A DNA stretch of 64,000 nucleotides. Origin: an uncultured Candidatus Saccharibacteria bacterium (GTDB lineage Bacteria; Patescibacteriota; Minisyncoccia; Phycocordibacterales; PALSA-1337). Below, one piece after another: positions 10,747 to 20,380 of the stretch. The position numbers and the translations under genes were made by a program. The DNA is taken from positions 75,803 through 139,802 of the forward strand of contig CAYXPQ010000001.1 of NCBI GenBank assembly GCA_964467225.1, read 5' to 3'. The notes beneath the pieces were generated by a model that was given only the letters and a program-made list of their open reading frames with translations, did not search any database and had not been told where the DNA came from. Position 1 is the stretch's first letter, and every line of letters begins with the position of its first letter.

Positions 10747-11607
10747 ATGAAAAGCTATCATCCATCAACACCATCAAGAAGACACATGACTACGATTCCA
10801 TATCGTAAGTATCTTACAGCATCTGAACCTTTCAAAGCTCTTACAAAGGGTATGAAGAGAGATATGGGAAGAAACTCTGCTGGAAGAATTACTGTTAGAC
10901 ATAAGGGTGGAGGAAATAAAAAGCTATATCGTATGGTGGATTTCTCTTATGATAAGAAGAATATTCCTGCTAAGATTATAACTATTGAATACGATCCATT
11001 CAGAACAGGATTTATCGCTCTTGCACAATATGCAGATGGTGAGAAGAGATACGTACTTGTACCAAAGAATATGAAAGTTGGTGATAAGTTCATTGTTTCT
11101 GAGACGGCTTCTATAGAAATAGGCAACAGACTACCATTGAAGAACATTCCAGTTGGAACATTTGTATATAATATTGAGATCAAGCCACAAGGTGGTGCAA
11201 AGTTAGTTAGAGGAGCAGGATCATTTGCTCAAGTTATTGCTAATGATGCAGGATATACTCATATTAAATTACCTTCAACAGAAGTAAGAAAAGTTCATGA
11301 TAATGCATGGGCTACTGTTGGTACAGTATCAAATGATGAAAGCAGACTTGTTAATATTGGTAAGGCAGGAAGATCAAGATGGCTAGGTATACGTCCAACT
11401 GTCAGAGGTTCTGCTCAAAACCCAGTCGATCATCCATACGGAGGAGGAGAGCAGAGAGCGGGTCGAGGTCTACGAAGGCTTAAGACTCGATGGGGTAAGC
11501 CAGCCGGCAAGGGTCAGAAGACAAGAACTCCAAAGAAATATTCAAACATCTTTGTAGTATCACGAAGAAAGGTCGGTAAGAATAAAAATGTAGAGTCAAA
11601 TGGATAA
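10747..11607 (+). CDS. rplB: 50S ribosomal protein L2
   Basis: GRITVRHKGGG, EYDP, RPTVRG..NPVDHPYGGGE. Confidence 0.99.
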   Translation: MKSYHPSTPSRRHMTTIPYRKYLTASEPFKALTKGMKRDMGRNSAGRITVRHKGGGNKKLYRMVDFSYDKKNIPAKIITIEYDPFRTGFIALAQYADGEKRYVLVPKNMKVGDKFIVSETASIEIGNRLPLKNIPVGTFVYNIEIKPQGGAKLVRGAGSFAQVIANDAGYTHIKLPSTEVRKVHDNAWATVGTVSNDESRLVNIGKAGRSRWLGIRPTVRGSAQNPVDHPYGGGEQRAGRGLRRLKTRWGKPAGKGQKTRTPKKYSNIFVVSRRKVGKNKNVESNG

Positions 11608-11682
11608 GTTCATTAAAAAAACAAAATCAATAATAGACAATTTGATAATCAGTCTTATTGATTCGCTAAATTAATGAATAAT

Positions 11683-11710
11683 TTGACTTAATACGAAATT
11701 TTGTTAGTAT
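11683..11710 (+). promoter_or_regulatory. Internal promoter upstream of rpsS
   Basis: TTGACT-16 nt-TAGTAT, 8 nt before the ATG. Confidence 0.5.
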
Positions 11711-11718
11711 AAAAAACC

Positions 11719-12066
11719 ATGTCACGATCACTTAATAAAGGACCATACGTTGAAGAGCGACTCTTGCAAAAGATAGCTGGAAAGAAACCTACTGAAACTG
11801 GGGTTATTAAGACATGGTATAGAAGAAGTCAGATTTCTCCTGAAATGGTCGGATTTATCTTCGGAGTATACAATGGGAGACAGCATGTTGATGTACTGGT
11901 CTCAGAGGATATGGTAGGACACAGATTGGGTGAATTCGCTCCTACTCGTAAATTCCTTAGACATGGAGGTAAAATGCAGAAAGAGCTTGAATTAAAGGCT
12001 AAGGAGAATGAAATGGCAGCTGCAAAATCAGCAAAGGAGGCTGCAGCAGCACCTGCTAAAAAATAA
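11719..12066 (+). CDS. rpsS: 30S ribosomal protein S19
   Basis: [24 protein letters not shown]. Confidence 0.98.
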   Translation: MSRSLNKGPYVEERLLQKIAGKKPTETGVIKTWYRRSQISPEMVGFIFGVYNGRQHVDVLVSEDMVGHRLGEFAPTRKFLRHGGKMQKELELKAKENEMAAAKSAKEAAAAPAKK

Positions 12067-12075
12067 TTTAAATAT

Positions 12076-12417
12076 ATGATTACCGCATCACTAAAAAATT
12101 ATAGACAATCACCACGAAAGGTAAGAAGTGTGGCTAATCTTGTACGCGGTAAATCAGTCGATCAGGCTTTAAATACTTTGAATTTCTTGAGTAAAAAAGC
12201 AGCAGACCCACTTTATGGTTTGTTACTTTCTGCAATTGCTAATGCCAAGAATAATTTTAAAATCGAAAAGGACAATCTTATTATAAAAGAAATACGAGTA
12301 GATGCTGGCTATATATTAAAGCGTCGAATGCCAAGAGCTCGAGGGAGTGCATTCCCAATTAACAAAAGAACAAGTCATGTAAATTTGGTACTTACACCAA
12401 AGCCAGTTAAAAAATAA
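12076..12417 (+). CDS. rplV: 50S ribosomal protein L22
   Basis: RQSPRKVR, PRARG..KRTSH. Confidence 0.98.
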   Translation: MITASLKNYRQSPRKVRSVANLVRGKSVDQALNTLNFLSKKAADPLYGLLLSAIANAKNNFKIEKDNLIIKEIRVDAGYILKRRMPRARGSAFPINKRTSHVNLVLTPKPVKK

Positions 12418-12421
12418 TTTT

Positions 12422-13102
12422 ATGTCACATTCAGTACACCCATATTCACATAGATTAGGAGTAATACGAGACTGGAAGAGTCGATGGTTCTCTCTTAATA
12501 AAGGATATAGAACAGCCTTGAAGACTGATTTAATTATTCGTGAATTTTTAATAAAAGAGCTTAGAAATTTCTATTTAGCTGATATACATATTGAAAGAAA
12601 TAGAAAGACTTTGAGAATTGTTATTAAAACTTCAAGACCAGGTATGATAATTGGTCGTGCAGCAGATGGAGTTCAAAAGTTAAATCAAAAGATTCTTAAT
12701 TTATTAAAGAAAAAGGGTATAGATCTAGTTGGACAAGAATTGAGATTAGACATTGAAGAAGTTAAGAACCCAGAATCAAATGCATCAATCGTAGCTATGA
12801 TGGTTGCAGAAGGTCTTGAGAAGAGACTTCCATTCAGAAGAGTTCTAAAACAAACTCTTGAGAAAGTTCTGGCTAACAAGGAGGTAAAGGGAGCAAAGAT
12901 CAAACTTGCTGGAAGACTTGGTGGTGCAGAAATGGCAAGACAAGAGGATTTAAAGAAGGGTCAAATTCCACTTCAGACATTGAGAGCTGATATTGACTAT
13001 GCTCGTGAGAAAGCCCATATGACATATGGAGATATCGGTATAAAGGTCTGGATATACAAAGGTCAAATTTTCAGTAAAGATATTAAGATAAATAATAAAT
13101 AA
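12422..13102 (+). CDS. rpsC: 30S ribosomal protein S3
   Basis: GRLGGAEMAR, PLQTLRADIDY, GIKVWIYKG. Confidence 0.98.
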   Translation: MSHSVHPYSHRLGVIRDWKSRWFSLNKGYRTALKTDLIIREFLIKELRNFYLADIHIERNRKTLRIVIKTSRPGMIIGRAADGVQKLNQKILNLLKKKGIDLVGQELRLDIEEVKNPESNASIVAMMVAEGLEKRLPFRRVLKQTLEKVLANKEVKGAKIKLAGRLGGAEMARQEDLKKGQIPLQTLRADIDYAREKAHMTYGDIGIKVWIYKGQIFSKDIKINNK

Positions 13103-13107
13103 CTACC

Positions 13108-13539
13108 ATGCTTTTCCCTAAAAAAGTAAAATTCAGAAAGTGGCATACTGGCAGGACAAATGCTAAGAAGCTTGCTAATGGTGTAGAGACAAGAGGTGTT
13201 AAATTATCTTTCGGATCATTTGGTCTTAAGGCGCTATCATATGGAAGACTTTCATCAAATGAGATTGAAGCAGCAAGAAAGGTTATGGCAAGATATGCTA
13301 CAAAGTCAGGAAAGGTATGGGTTAGAATTTTCCCTGATAGACCATTTACACAGAAGCCACCTGAAGTTAAGCTAGGAAAGGGTAAGGGAGATCCAGTCGG
13401 ATTCGTAGCCCAAGTCAAAGCTGGTCGTGTACTCTTTGAAATTGACGGAGTTGATGATAAGGTAGCACAAGAAGCTCTGAGAAAGGCTGGTACAAAGATT
13501 TCCGTTAAGACAAAGGTTGTTAGTAGAAATATGATGTAA
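13108..13539 (+). CDS. rplP: 50S ribosomal protein L16
   Basis: IEAARK, WVRIFPD, GKGKG. Confidence 0.98.
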   Translation: MLFPKKVKFRKWHTGRTNAKKLANGVETRGVKLSFGSFGLKALSYGRLSSNEIEAARKVMARYATKSGKVWVRIFPDRPFTQKPPEVKLGKGKGDPVGFVAQVKAGRVLFEIDGVDDKVAQEALRKAGTKISVKTKVVSRNMM

Positions 13540-13552
13540 TTCAAACAAAATT

Positions 13553-13729
13553 ATGAAAGAACTAAAAAATAAAACTCCACAAGAATTGAAAAAACTCGTA
13601 GCAGAGAAGCGAGAGGTTCTTCGTAATTTTAGATTTGGAACTTTGGGTGGAAAGTCAAAGAATGTAAAGCTTGGACATACAACAAAGAAAGAAATCGCAA
13701 GAATAATGACAGAATTGTCACTTCGATAA
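13553..13729 (+). CDS. rpmC: 50S ribosomal protein L29 (58 aa, below the ORF-track cutoff)
   Basis: Read by hand: MKELKNKTPQELKKLVAEKREVLRNFRF...KKEIARIMTELSLR; lies between rplP and rpsQ. Confidence 0.93.
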   Translation: MKELKNKTPQELKKLVAEKREVLRNFRFGTLGGKSKNVKLGHTTKKEIARIMTELSLR

Positions 13730-13745
13730 AAAGTAAAATAATTTT

Positions 13746-14006
13746 ATGGATAAGAAAAATACACAAAATAATACAGTATCAAAAAGAAAGATTCTTTCAG
13801 GAGTTGTTGTGTCCGACAAAATGAAAGATACAATAGTAGTTCTTGTTGAGAGATTTGTTAAGGATAATAAATACAAGAAATACATTACTCTTAGAAAGAG
13901 ATACAAGGTACATGATGCTGGAAACACAAAGAAGATCGGAGACAAAGTCTCAATAGAGTCATGTAGACCTATTTCAAGACATAAGTCTTTTAAAGTAATT
14001 TCATAA
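13746..14006 (+). CDS. rpsQ: 30S ribosomal protein S17
   Basis: GVVVSDKMKDTIVV, CRPISRHKSF. Confidence 0.98.
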   Translation: MDKKNTQNNTVSKRKILSGVVVSDKMKDTIVVLVERFVKDNKYKKYITLRKRYKVHDAGNTKKIGDKVSIESCRPISRHKSFKVIS

Positions 14007-14016
14007 CAAAACTACC

Positions 14017-14388
14017 ATGATACAACCACGTTCAATAGTAAGAATAACAGATAATTGCGGAGCAAAAATTGGCCGTATATTCAAAGTTCTTGGTAGCTCA
14101 AAGAAGAGATATGCTGAGATAGGAGATTTGGTAATACTTTCTGTACAAAAAGCAGAACCAAGAAAGACAATTAAGAAAAAAGACGTTCTTCAAGGTGTAG
14201 TCGTAAGACAAGTAAAAGCTTATAGAAGGAAGGACGGTTCTTATATTAGATTTGATGAGAATTCAGTAGTTATTCTTGAAAAGGGAAAGAAGGAGCCAAT
14301 TGCAGGTCGTATATTCGGTCCAATTCCAAGAGAGATTGCTGAGAAGGGCTTCCAGACAATTGCTTCTAAAGCACCAGAAATAGTATAG
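14017..14388 (+). CDS. rplN: 50S ribosomal protein L14
   Basis: [28 protein letters not shown]. Confidence 0.98.
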   Translation: MIQPRSIVRITDNCGAKIGRIFKVLGSSKKRYAEIGDLVILSVQKAEPRKTIKKKDVLQGVVVRQVKAYRRKDGSYIRFDENSVVILEKGKKEPIAGRIFGPIPREIAEKGFQTIASKAPEIV

Positions 14389-14401
14389 TAATTTAAATAT
14401 C

Positions 14402-14620
14402 ATGAAAATCAAAAAGGATGACAATGTAATAGTTTTGACTGGAAAGGACAAGGGTAAGTCTGGTAAAGTTTTAAAGTCTTTCCCCAAGGAGAATAAAGTT
14501 CTAGTATCAGGAATCAATGTATTTAAGAAACACCAAAGACCAACAAAGCAAGGTCAGAAGGGACAAGTGGTAGAGAAGAGCGGTCCTATTCATGTTTCTA
14601 ATGTTGCATTAAAGAAATAA
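14402..14620 (+). CDS. rplX: 50S ribosomal protein L24 (short, 72 aa)
   Basis: KOW motif [28 protein letters not shown]. Confidence 0.97.
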   Translation: MKIKKDDNVIVLTGKDKGKSGKVLKSFPKENKVLVSGINVFKKHQRPTKQGQKGQVVEKSGPIHVSNVALKK

Positions 14621-14621
14621 T

Positions 14622-15191
14622 ATGAAAACACATACAGCAAAAACTACATTTGAGATGAATAAGGAGTCTTTCAAGGCTTTGAAGGAGAAATTTGGTCTCA
14701 AAAATCCTATGCAAGCACCAATGCTTTCTAAGGTTGTTATTAGTACAGGTACTGGATCAATTAAAGACAAAAAGAAGATTGAGCTTGTTGCCGATAGACT
14801 TTCAAAAATAACAGGACAGAAGCCAGCTCCAAGATCAAGCAAGAAGTCAATCGCTTCATTCAAAGTTAGACAAGGAGATCTCGTCGGTTATCAAGTAACA
14901 CTAAGAGGTAAGAGAATGTGTGATTTTATTGATAAGCTTATTCATATAGCACTCCCAAGAACAAAGGACTTCCGTGGTATTACAAAGACTGCAGTAGATC
15001 AGATGGGTAACTACACTCTAGGAATCAAAGAGCACACAATTTTCCCTGAGACAGCAGATGAAGATCTAAAGGATGTATTCGGATTTGGTATTACAGTAGT
15101 GACAACATCAAAGAGCAAGGAACAGACATTAGCTTTCATGGAGTATCTCGGTTTCCCATTTAAGAAAGAAGAGGTAAAGAAGAGGGGGTAG
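14622..15191 (+). CDS. rplE: 50S ribosomal protein L5
   Basis: ITGQKP, VTLRG, LPRTKDFRG, GNYTLGIKEHTIFPE. Confidence 0.98.
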   Translation: MKTHTAKTTFEMNKESFKALKEKFGLKNPMQAPMLSKVVISTGTGSIKDKKKIELVADRLSKITGQKPAPRSSKKSIASFKVRQGDLVGYQVTLRGKRMCDFIDKLIHIALPRTKDFRGITKTAVDQMGNYTLGIKEHTIFPETADEDLKDVFGFGITVVTTSKSKEQTLAFMEYLGFPFKKEEVKKRG

Positions 15192-15228
15192 GTTTGACTA
15201 GAAAAATTACATTTGTTAATATTTGATC

Positions 15229-15287
15229 ATGAAAGAAACTTTCGGCCGTGGTTTATATACCACACTTGGCGGAGGGTTTTTTTCTTT
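15229..15287 (+). ncRNA. Candidate ~60-nt structured RNA or complex terminator after rplE
   Basis: Preceded by TTGACT-17-TAATAT (15194-15222); G-U-containing stem with inner hairpin GTGGT/ACCAC and a U-tract. Confidence 0.4.
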
Positions 15288-15706
15288 TAATCTATTTCTG
15301 TAGGAAATACTGACATTAAATGCTTATTTCTGTTCCTTATATTCTCAGTTATTTGAATACAAAATAGTTCTCCACTTTTTGTTTTTCCGAGAAACCTATG
15401 TAATTTTTCAGAAGATTTATTTGGATTTATTTTTGAAATAGGTTCAATACTCGAATTTTTAATTAAATCCAGAGCACATTCATAATACCTTAATCTTCGA
15501 GTGCGATCATTTGGATTTTTTGTTCTGATATGATCCCAAAAATAGTCAAGAAATATTTTATCCTTATTAAAGTATTTGGATCTAATATAAGGTCTTCTTT
15601 TAGTTTTTGAACATAGTTTTTTATAAATTGATAATGCTTGCGGGTATACATCTTTATAACTTGTACCAGATAACTTTTTAATTTTTGCTTCGTAAAATTT
15701 CCTCAT
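15287..15706 (-). CDS. Basic hypothetical protein, possibly a BECR/RelE-fold nuclease
   Basis: 139 aa Lys/Arg-rich ORF antisense to the r-protein cluster; C-terminal strands ending LMSVFP; fold is inference only. Confidence 0.75.
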   Translation of the reverse strand: MRKFYEAKIKKLSGTSYKDVYPQALSIYKKLCSKTKRRPYIRSKYFNKDKIFLDYFWDHIRTKNPNDRTRRLRYYECALDLIKNSSIEPISKINPNKSSEKLHRFLGKTKSGELFCIQITENIRNRNKHLMSVFPTEID

Positions 15707-15814
15707 TCACTAACCATAACAAAAACACTATTAAGAAAAGCTTAAGAAAAGTGTCAAAAAACAGCATTGGGAAATGGAGGGGTGAGGGTGTCTACATTTA
15801 TTTTATTGAGTAGT

Positions 15815-15951
15815 TTGACTTATTTTTGGCTATTTGATAGTATAACTCCACGTTCTAGAAAACAAAGAAATACAAGGAATTAGCGACTTGAAGCATTAAC
15901 CCAGCGAAAACAATAGGGTGAAGCTAACTAGTCCTCATTTTTATTTAAAAT
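15815..15951 (+). promoter_or_regulatory. Promoter and structured 5' leader of the rpsN-rpsH transcript
   Basis: TTGACT-17-TAGTAT (15815-15843); ~100-nt leader with AGGA/TCCT, TTAGC/GCTAA and ACCC/GGGT pairings. Confidence 0.55.
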
Positions 15952-16137
15952 ATGGCAAAGACATCAGTAAAAGCACGAGCAGCAAAGACCCCTAAATTCA
16001 AATCAAGGGTAGTTAGACGATGCTTCCGATGCGGAAGAAAGAATGGATATATGAGGGATTTTGATTTGTGCCGTATTTGTTTCCGAGAGTTTGCTAACGA
16101 AGGAGTTATTCCAGGAATAAAGAAATCATCATGGTAA
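15952..16137 (+). CDS. rpsN: 30S ribosomal protein S14, zinc-binding (type Z)
   Basis: RCFRCGR...LCRICFRE..IPGIKKSSW; 61 aa. Confidence 0.98.
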   Translation: MAKTSVKARAAKTPKFKSRVVRRCFRCGRKNGYMRDFDLCRICFREFANEGVIPGIKKSSW

Positions 16138-16523
16138 CAGACCCAATCGCAGATTTAATAATAAGAATTAAGAATGCTAGCGATGCTGGCAAGGCTTCGA
16201 TAACAGTTCCTTATTCAACTCTTAAAGAGAATATTTCACATGCTTTATTAAAAGGTGGATATATTACTTCAGTAGAAGTTAAGGGAAAGAAAATCGACAA
16301 GACTCTAGAAATAAATTTAGCTTATATTGGCGGCGAACCAAGAGTTCATGGTATTGATAGAATTTCAAAGCCATCAAGACGCTTATACCAAAAGTCAAAG
16401 GATATAAGAATGTTTAAGAGTGGTTTTGGAAATATTGTATTCTCAACACCACAGGGAATACTTCTTGATGCTGATGCAAAGAAGCTTAAGGTCGGAGGAG
16501 AGATTTTATTTAAAATCTGGTAA
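16131..16523 (+). CDS. rpsH: 30S ribosomal protein S8
   Basis: DPIADLIIRIKN, RISKPSRRLY, STPQG, GGEIL. Confidence 0.98.
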   Translation: MVTDPIADLIIRIKNASDAGKASITVPYSTLKENISHALLKGGYITSVEVKGKKIDKTLEINLAYIGGEPRVHGIDRISKPSRRLYQKSKDIRMFKSGFGNIVFSTPQGILLDADAKKLKVGGEILFKIW

Positions 16524-16533
16524 TAAAAATATT

Positions 16534-17067
16534 ATGTCAAGAATAGCAAAAAAACCTATAGCAATACCAGAAAAGACAGAAGTTACATATTCTGCTGGGG
16601 TTCTAACTGTTAAGGGACCTTTAGGAGAAGTAAAGAAGACATTAAGACCAGAGATCAATGTTGCTATTGCTAACAATGAAATTACGCTTATTCCTTCAAG
16701 ACAATCATTGGATGTTCTAGCTCTATGGGGAACATATGCTTCTCATATTAGAAATATGTTTGAGGGCGTTCACAAAGCTTTTGAGAAGAAGTTAATAGTT
16801 GAAGGTATTGGATTCAAGTCAGATATTAAAGGTAAAGAAGTTCATCTTGCACTAGGTTTCTCACATCCAGTTATAAAGGCAATTCCTGATGGTCTAAAGG
16901 TTACTTCAGAAAAAAACGTCATAACAGTTTCTGGTATCGATATAGAGAAAGTAGGTCAATTTGTTGCTCAGATCAGAGCGCTGAAGAAGCCTGAACCATA
17001 CAAGGGTAAAGGAATTCGATATAGTGATGAAGTTATAAGACGAAAGCAAGGTAAGAAGTCTGTATAA
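16534..17067 (+). CDS. rplF: 50S ribosomal protein L6 (start ATG 16534)
   Basis: MSRIAKKPI, LGFSHP, PEPYKGKGIRY. Confidence 0.98.
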   Translation: MSRIAKKPIAIPEKTEVTYSAGVLTVKGPLGEVKKTLRPEINVAIANNEITLIPSRQSLDVLALWGTYASHIRNMFEGVHKAFEKKLIVEGIGFKSDIKGKEVHLALGFSHPVIKAIPDGLKVTSEKNVITVSGIDIEKVGQFVAQIRALKKPEPYKGKGIRYSDEVIRRKQGKKSV

Positions 17068-17079
17068 TAAATAATTTGT

Positions 17080-17403
17080 ATGAATACAAGCAAACAAAAA
17101 CAATTAAAGATTGCAAGACGACATAATAGAATTAGATCAATTCTATCAGGTACTTCAGAGCGACCAAGACTTTCTGTCTTTAAGTCAAACAAATTCATAT
17201 ATGCTCAGATTATTGATGATACAAAGGGCCATACTCTTGTTCAATCTTCATCAGATGATGCAAAGAAAGTCGGAAGTGATATTGCAAAAAAGGCAAAAGC
17301 ACTTAAGATTGTAAAAGTAGTATTTGATCGAGGAGGATATCTTTATACAGGCAAGATAAAAGCAATAGCAGATTCTGCTAGAGAGGGTGGACTTGAATTT
17401 TAA
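17080..17403 (+). CDS. rplR: 50S ribosomal protein L18
   Basis: [31 protein letters not shown]. Confidence 0.98.
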   Translation: MNTSKQKQLKIARRHNRIRSILSGTSERPRLSVFKSNKFIYAQIIDDTKGHTLVQSSSDDAKKVGSDIAKKAKALKIVKVVFDRGGYLYTGKIKAIADSAREGGLEF

Positions 17404-17415
17404 GATTTAAATAAT

Positions 17416-18033
17416 ATGGAACCAGAAATAATTACAACTGAACAAAAGCCAATAGAAAGTAAGCCTGTAGAGAAGGTAGCTGATAAGCCTTTTGATAATA
17501 GACCTCCACGAGATAACAATCGTAGATCTGGTGGTAAGAGACCACAAAGAACAGATAAAGAGAGAGTTAAGCCAGAATTTGATACAAAAATCATTGCAAT
17601 AAGAAGAGTGACCCGTGTTGCTTCAGGAGGAAGAAGATTCACATTCTCTGTAGCAGTAGTATCTGGAGACAAAAAGGGTAGAGTTGGTGTTGGACTAGGA
17701 AAGGCAGGGGATACATCTCTTGCTATTGATAAAGCTACAAGAAACGCCAAGAAAAACATGATAAAGGTTACTCTTTCACCAGCAATGACAATTCCACATA
17801 TGGTAGAGGCAAAATATTCAAGTGCAAGAGTTATGATTATGCCAGCAAGAGGAAGAGGAGTAGTAGCAGGAAGTTCAGTAAGAAATGTTATTGAACTAGC
17901 AGGTATAAAGGATGTATGTGCTAAACTCCTTTCAGGAAGTAAGAATAAGCTTAATATAGCAAGAGTAGCCATAAAGGCTCTTTCCAAGCTTTCAAAATAT
18001 CCAAGAACAGGATCAGTAGTAGCAGCTAAATAA
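17416..18033 (+). CDS. rpsE: 30S ribosomal protein S5
   Basis: RRVTRVASGGRRF, GRVGVGLGKA. Confidence 0.98.
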   Translation: MEPEIITTEQKPIESKPVEKVADKPFDNRPPRDNNRRSGGKRPQRTDKERVKPEFDTKIIAIRRVTRVASGGRRFTFSVAVVSGDKKGRVGVGLGKAGDTSLAIDKATRNAKKNMIKVTLSPAMTIPHMVEAKYSSARVMIMPARGRGVVAGSSVRNVIELAGIKDVCAKLLSGSKNKLNIARVAIKALSKLSKYPRTGSVVAAK

Positions 18034-18046
18034 TTAATACACTACC

Positions 18047-18490
18047 ATGCAACTCCATAATTTAATTCCAAAAACAAAGAATAAGAAAACGATGACAGTC
18101 GGCCGAGGAGGCAAAAGAGGCAAGACTTCTGGAAGGGGTACAAAAGGCCAAAATGCTCGTGCTGGACACAAGAAGAGACCAGAGCTAAGAGATTTTATTA
18201 AGAGAATCCCAAAGATGCGAGGTCGTGGTGTAAATTCTAATAAGTCTATTAATGATAGATTTATTCCTATTAACATTAAAGACATTGAAATGGTATTTGA
18301 GGCTGGATCTCAAGTTAATCCTAGTACTTTAATTGAGAAGAAGCTTATTTCAACAATCGATGGTAAAATACCTGCAGTTAAGATCCTTGGTGCAGGTGAT
18401 ATTACTAAAAAGTTACAATTTAGTGGTTGTAAAATTTCAGATCAAGCAAAAGCAAAGATCGAGAAAGTTGGAGGTTCAGTACAGTTATAA
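18047..18490 (+). CDS. rplO: 50S ribosomal protein L15 (follows rpsE directly; no rpmD)
   Basis: GRGGKRGKTSGRGTKGQNAR, KILGAG. Confidence 0.97.
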   Translation: MQLHNLIPKTKNKKTMTVGRGGKRGKTSGRGTKGQNARAGHKKRPELRDFIKRIPKMRGRGVNSNKSINDRFIPINIKDIEMVFEAGSQVNPSTLIEKKLISTIDGKIPAVKILGAGDITKKLQFSGCKISDQAKAKIEKVGGSVQL

Positions 18491-18502
18491 TAGAATAAAA
18501 AT

Positions 18503-19774
18503 ATGAATGGATTTCTATCAAAAATAAGCATTGTTCTAAAAGATCCAACAATGCGCAAGAGAATTGCGTTTACTATAGTTGCACTTATAGTTTTTAGATT
18601 ATTTTCAGCTATTCCAATTCCAGGTATTGATGTGGCAAGTCTTGAGAGGTTATTAGCTGGTAATCAGTTTTTTGGATTGCTAGATATTTTCTCAGGAGGA
18701 GGTATATCTAGACTTTCTATTGTGATGCTTGGAGTCAGCCCATTTATTACAGCTTCTATTATTATGCAATTGCTTGGAATGATGATTCCAAAAATGAAAG
18801 CAATGATGCAAGAAGAAGGGGAAATAGGTCGTCAAAAGATGTCTCAGTATTCTAGATTGATTTCTGTACCACTCGCTGCTATTCAAGCTTTTGCTTTTAT
18901 AAGTCTTTTCCAAAGTCAGAATGTTATTCCAGAACTTTCTGGAATGATGCTAGTGGTAAATATTATAATTATCACTGCCGGTTCAGTAATGTTAATGTGG
19001 CTTGGTGAACTTATATCAGAGTTCGGTATAGGAAATGGAGTATCTTTGATTATATTTGCAGGTATAGTTGCTGTCTTGCCTACAAGAATAATGCAATTCG
19101 TAGCCGGATTTGATCCAGCACAGTTGCCAGCTTATCTTCTATTCCTTCTGATATCACTTGTTGTGATTGTTGGAGTAGTTGTTATAACTGAAGCAGAAAG
19201 ATCAATTCCAGTCACTTATGCAAAGCAAGTTAGAGGGAATAAAGTTTATGGTGGTACCTCAACATATTTACCACTTCGTTTAAACCAAAGTGGAGTTATT
19301 CCAATCATATTTGCACTTTCTATACTTCTTTTCCCTCAAATAATCTCAAATGTTCTCTCAAAAGTTTCAAATCCCGTTATTGCAGATACCGCTCGATCAA
19401 TTTCTGATTTTCTAAATGCTCCTTGGCCGCATGCAATAATCTACTTCTTATTAGTATTTATATTCACATATTTCTATACTGCTGTAACTTTTGATCCAAA
19501 GTTGATATCAGAGAATTTGCAAAAGGGTGGAGCATTTATACCAGGCGTTAGACCAGGTGAATCTACTATGAATTATTTAGGTAAAGTAGTTACAAGAATA
19601 ACTTTAGTAGGTGCTTTATTTCTAGGCTTTATTGCTGTGCTACCATTGGGTATTCAAGCTTTCACAGGAACTCAAACCTTGGCAATAGGCGGAACAGCTC
19701 TATTGATTGTGGTGTCAGTTGTATTGGATCTCATCAAAAAGATTGATGCTCAGGCCTCAATGCGAGAATACTAG
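18503..19774 (+). CDS. secY: Preprotein translocase SecY
   Basis: Multiple TM helices, PFITASIIMQLL, GIGNGVSLIIFAGI, IPGVRPG. Confidence 0.99.
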   Translation: MNGFLSKISIVLKDPTMRKRIAFTIVALIVFRLFSAIPIPGIDVASLERLLAGNQFFGLLDIFSGGGISRLSIVMLGVSPFITASIIMQLLGMMIPKMKAMMQEEGEIGRQKMSQYSRLISVPLAAIQAFAFISLFQSQNVIPELSGMMLVVNIIIITAGSVMLMWLGELISEFGIGNGVSLIIFAGIVAVLPTRIMQFVAGFDPAQLPAYLLFLLISLVVIVGVVVITEAERSIPVTYAKQVRGNKVYGGTSTYLPLRLNQSGVIPIIFALSILLFPQIISNVLSKVSNPVIADTARSISDFLNAPWPHAIIYFLLVFIFTYFYTAVTFDPKLISENLQKGGAFIPGVRPGESTMNYLGKVVTRITLVGALFLGFIAVLPLGIQAFTGTQTLAIGGTALLIVVSVVLDLIKKIDAQASMREY

Positions 19775-19795
19775 AAATATGTTATCCTGATCCTT

Positions 19796-20380
19796 ATGGA
19801 TCAAAAAGTCTTTATTCTAATAGGAAGATCAGGTTGTGGTAAGGGAACCCAGGGTGAACTTCTTACAAAATATCTAAAGGAAATAGATAGCCAAAGAGAT
19901 ACACTCTATATTCAGAGTGGTAGTGAAGTACGTGAATTTATAAAAGGTAATTCTTTGACTCAGAGAATATCAAATCAATACTATAAAGATGATAAATTAC
20001 AGCCAGAATTTATCTCAGTTTATATGTGGATTAATGTATTGGTAAATAATTTTGATGAATCAAAACATTTGATATTTGACGGTACTCCAAGAAGAAAGCA
20101 TGAAGCGGGAGTGCTAGATTCTGTATTTGATTTCTATTCTTTAAAAAAGCCTACAGTCATAAATATTGATGTAAGTGAAGAATGGGCCACTGCTAAACTT
20201 TCTGCAAGACACAGGATGGATGATAATATGGATGATATAAAAAAGAGACTGGCTTGGTATATTACAGATGTAGTTCCAGCCATTGAATTTTACAAAGACA
20301 ACCCTCGTTATAATTTTATTTCAATAAATGGGGAAAGAAGCATAGACGAAGTATATAAAGATATTATAAAACACATATGA
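19796..20380 (+). CDS. adk: Adenylate kinase family NMP kinase (short LID)
   Basis: P-loop GRSGCGKGTQ, FDGTPR, RMDD; position after secY. Confidence 0.85.
   Translation: MDQKVFILIGRSGCGKGTQGELLTKYLKEIDSQRDTLYIQSGSEVREFIKGNSLTQRISNQYYKDDKLQPEFISVYMWINVLVNNFDESKHLIFDGTPRRKHEAGVLDSVFDFYSLKKPTVINIDVSEEWATAKLSARHRMDDNMDDIKKRLAWYITDVVPAIEFYKDNPRYNFISINGERSIDEVYKDIIKHI

Noticed and set aside
18033-18047. Missing rpmD (L30) and short L24 as novelties
   Set aside because: Loss of uL30 and reduced ribosomal proteins are already known for CPR bacteria; used only as taxonomic evidence.
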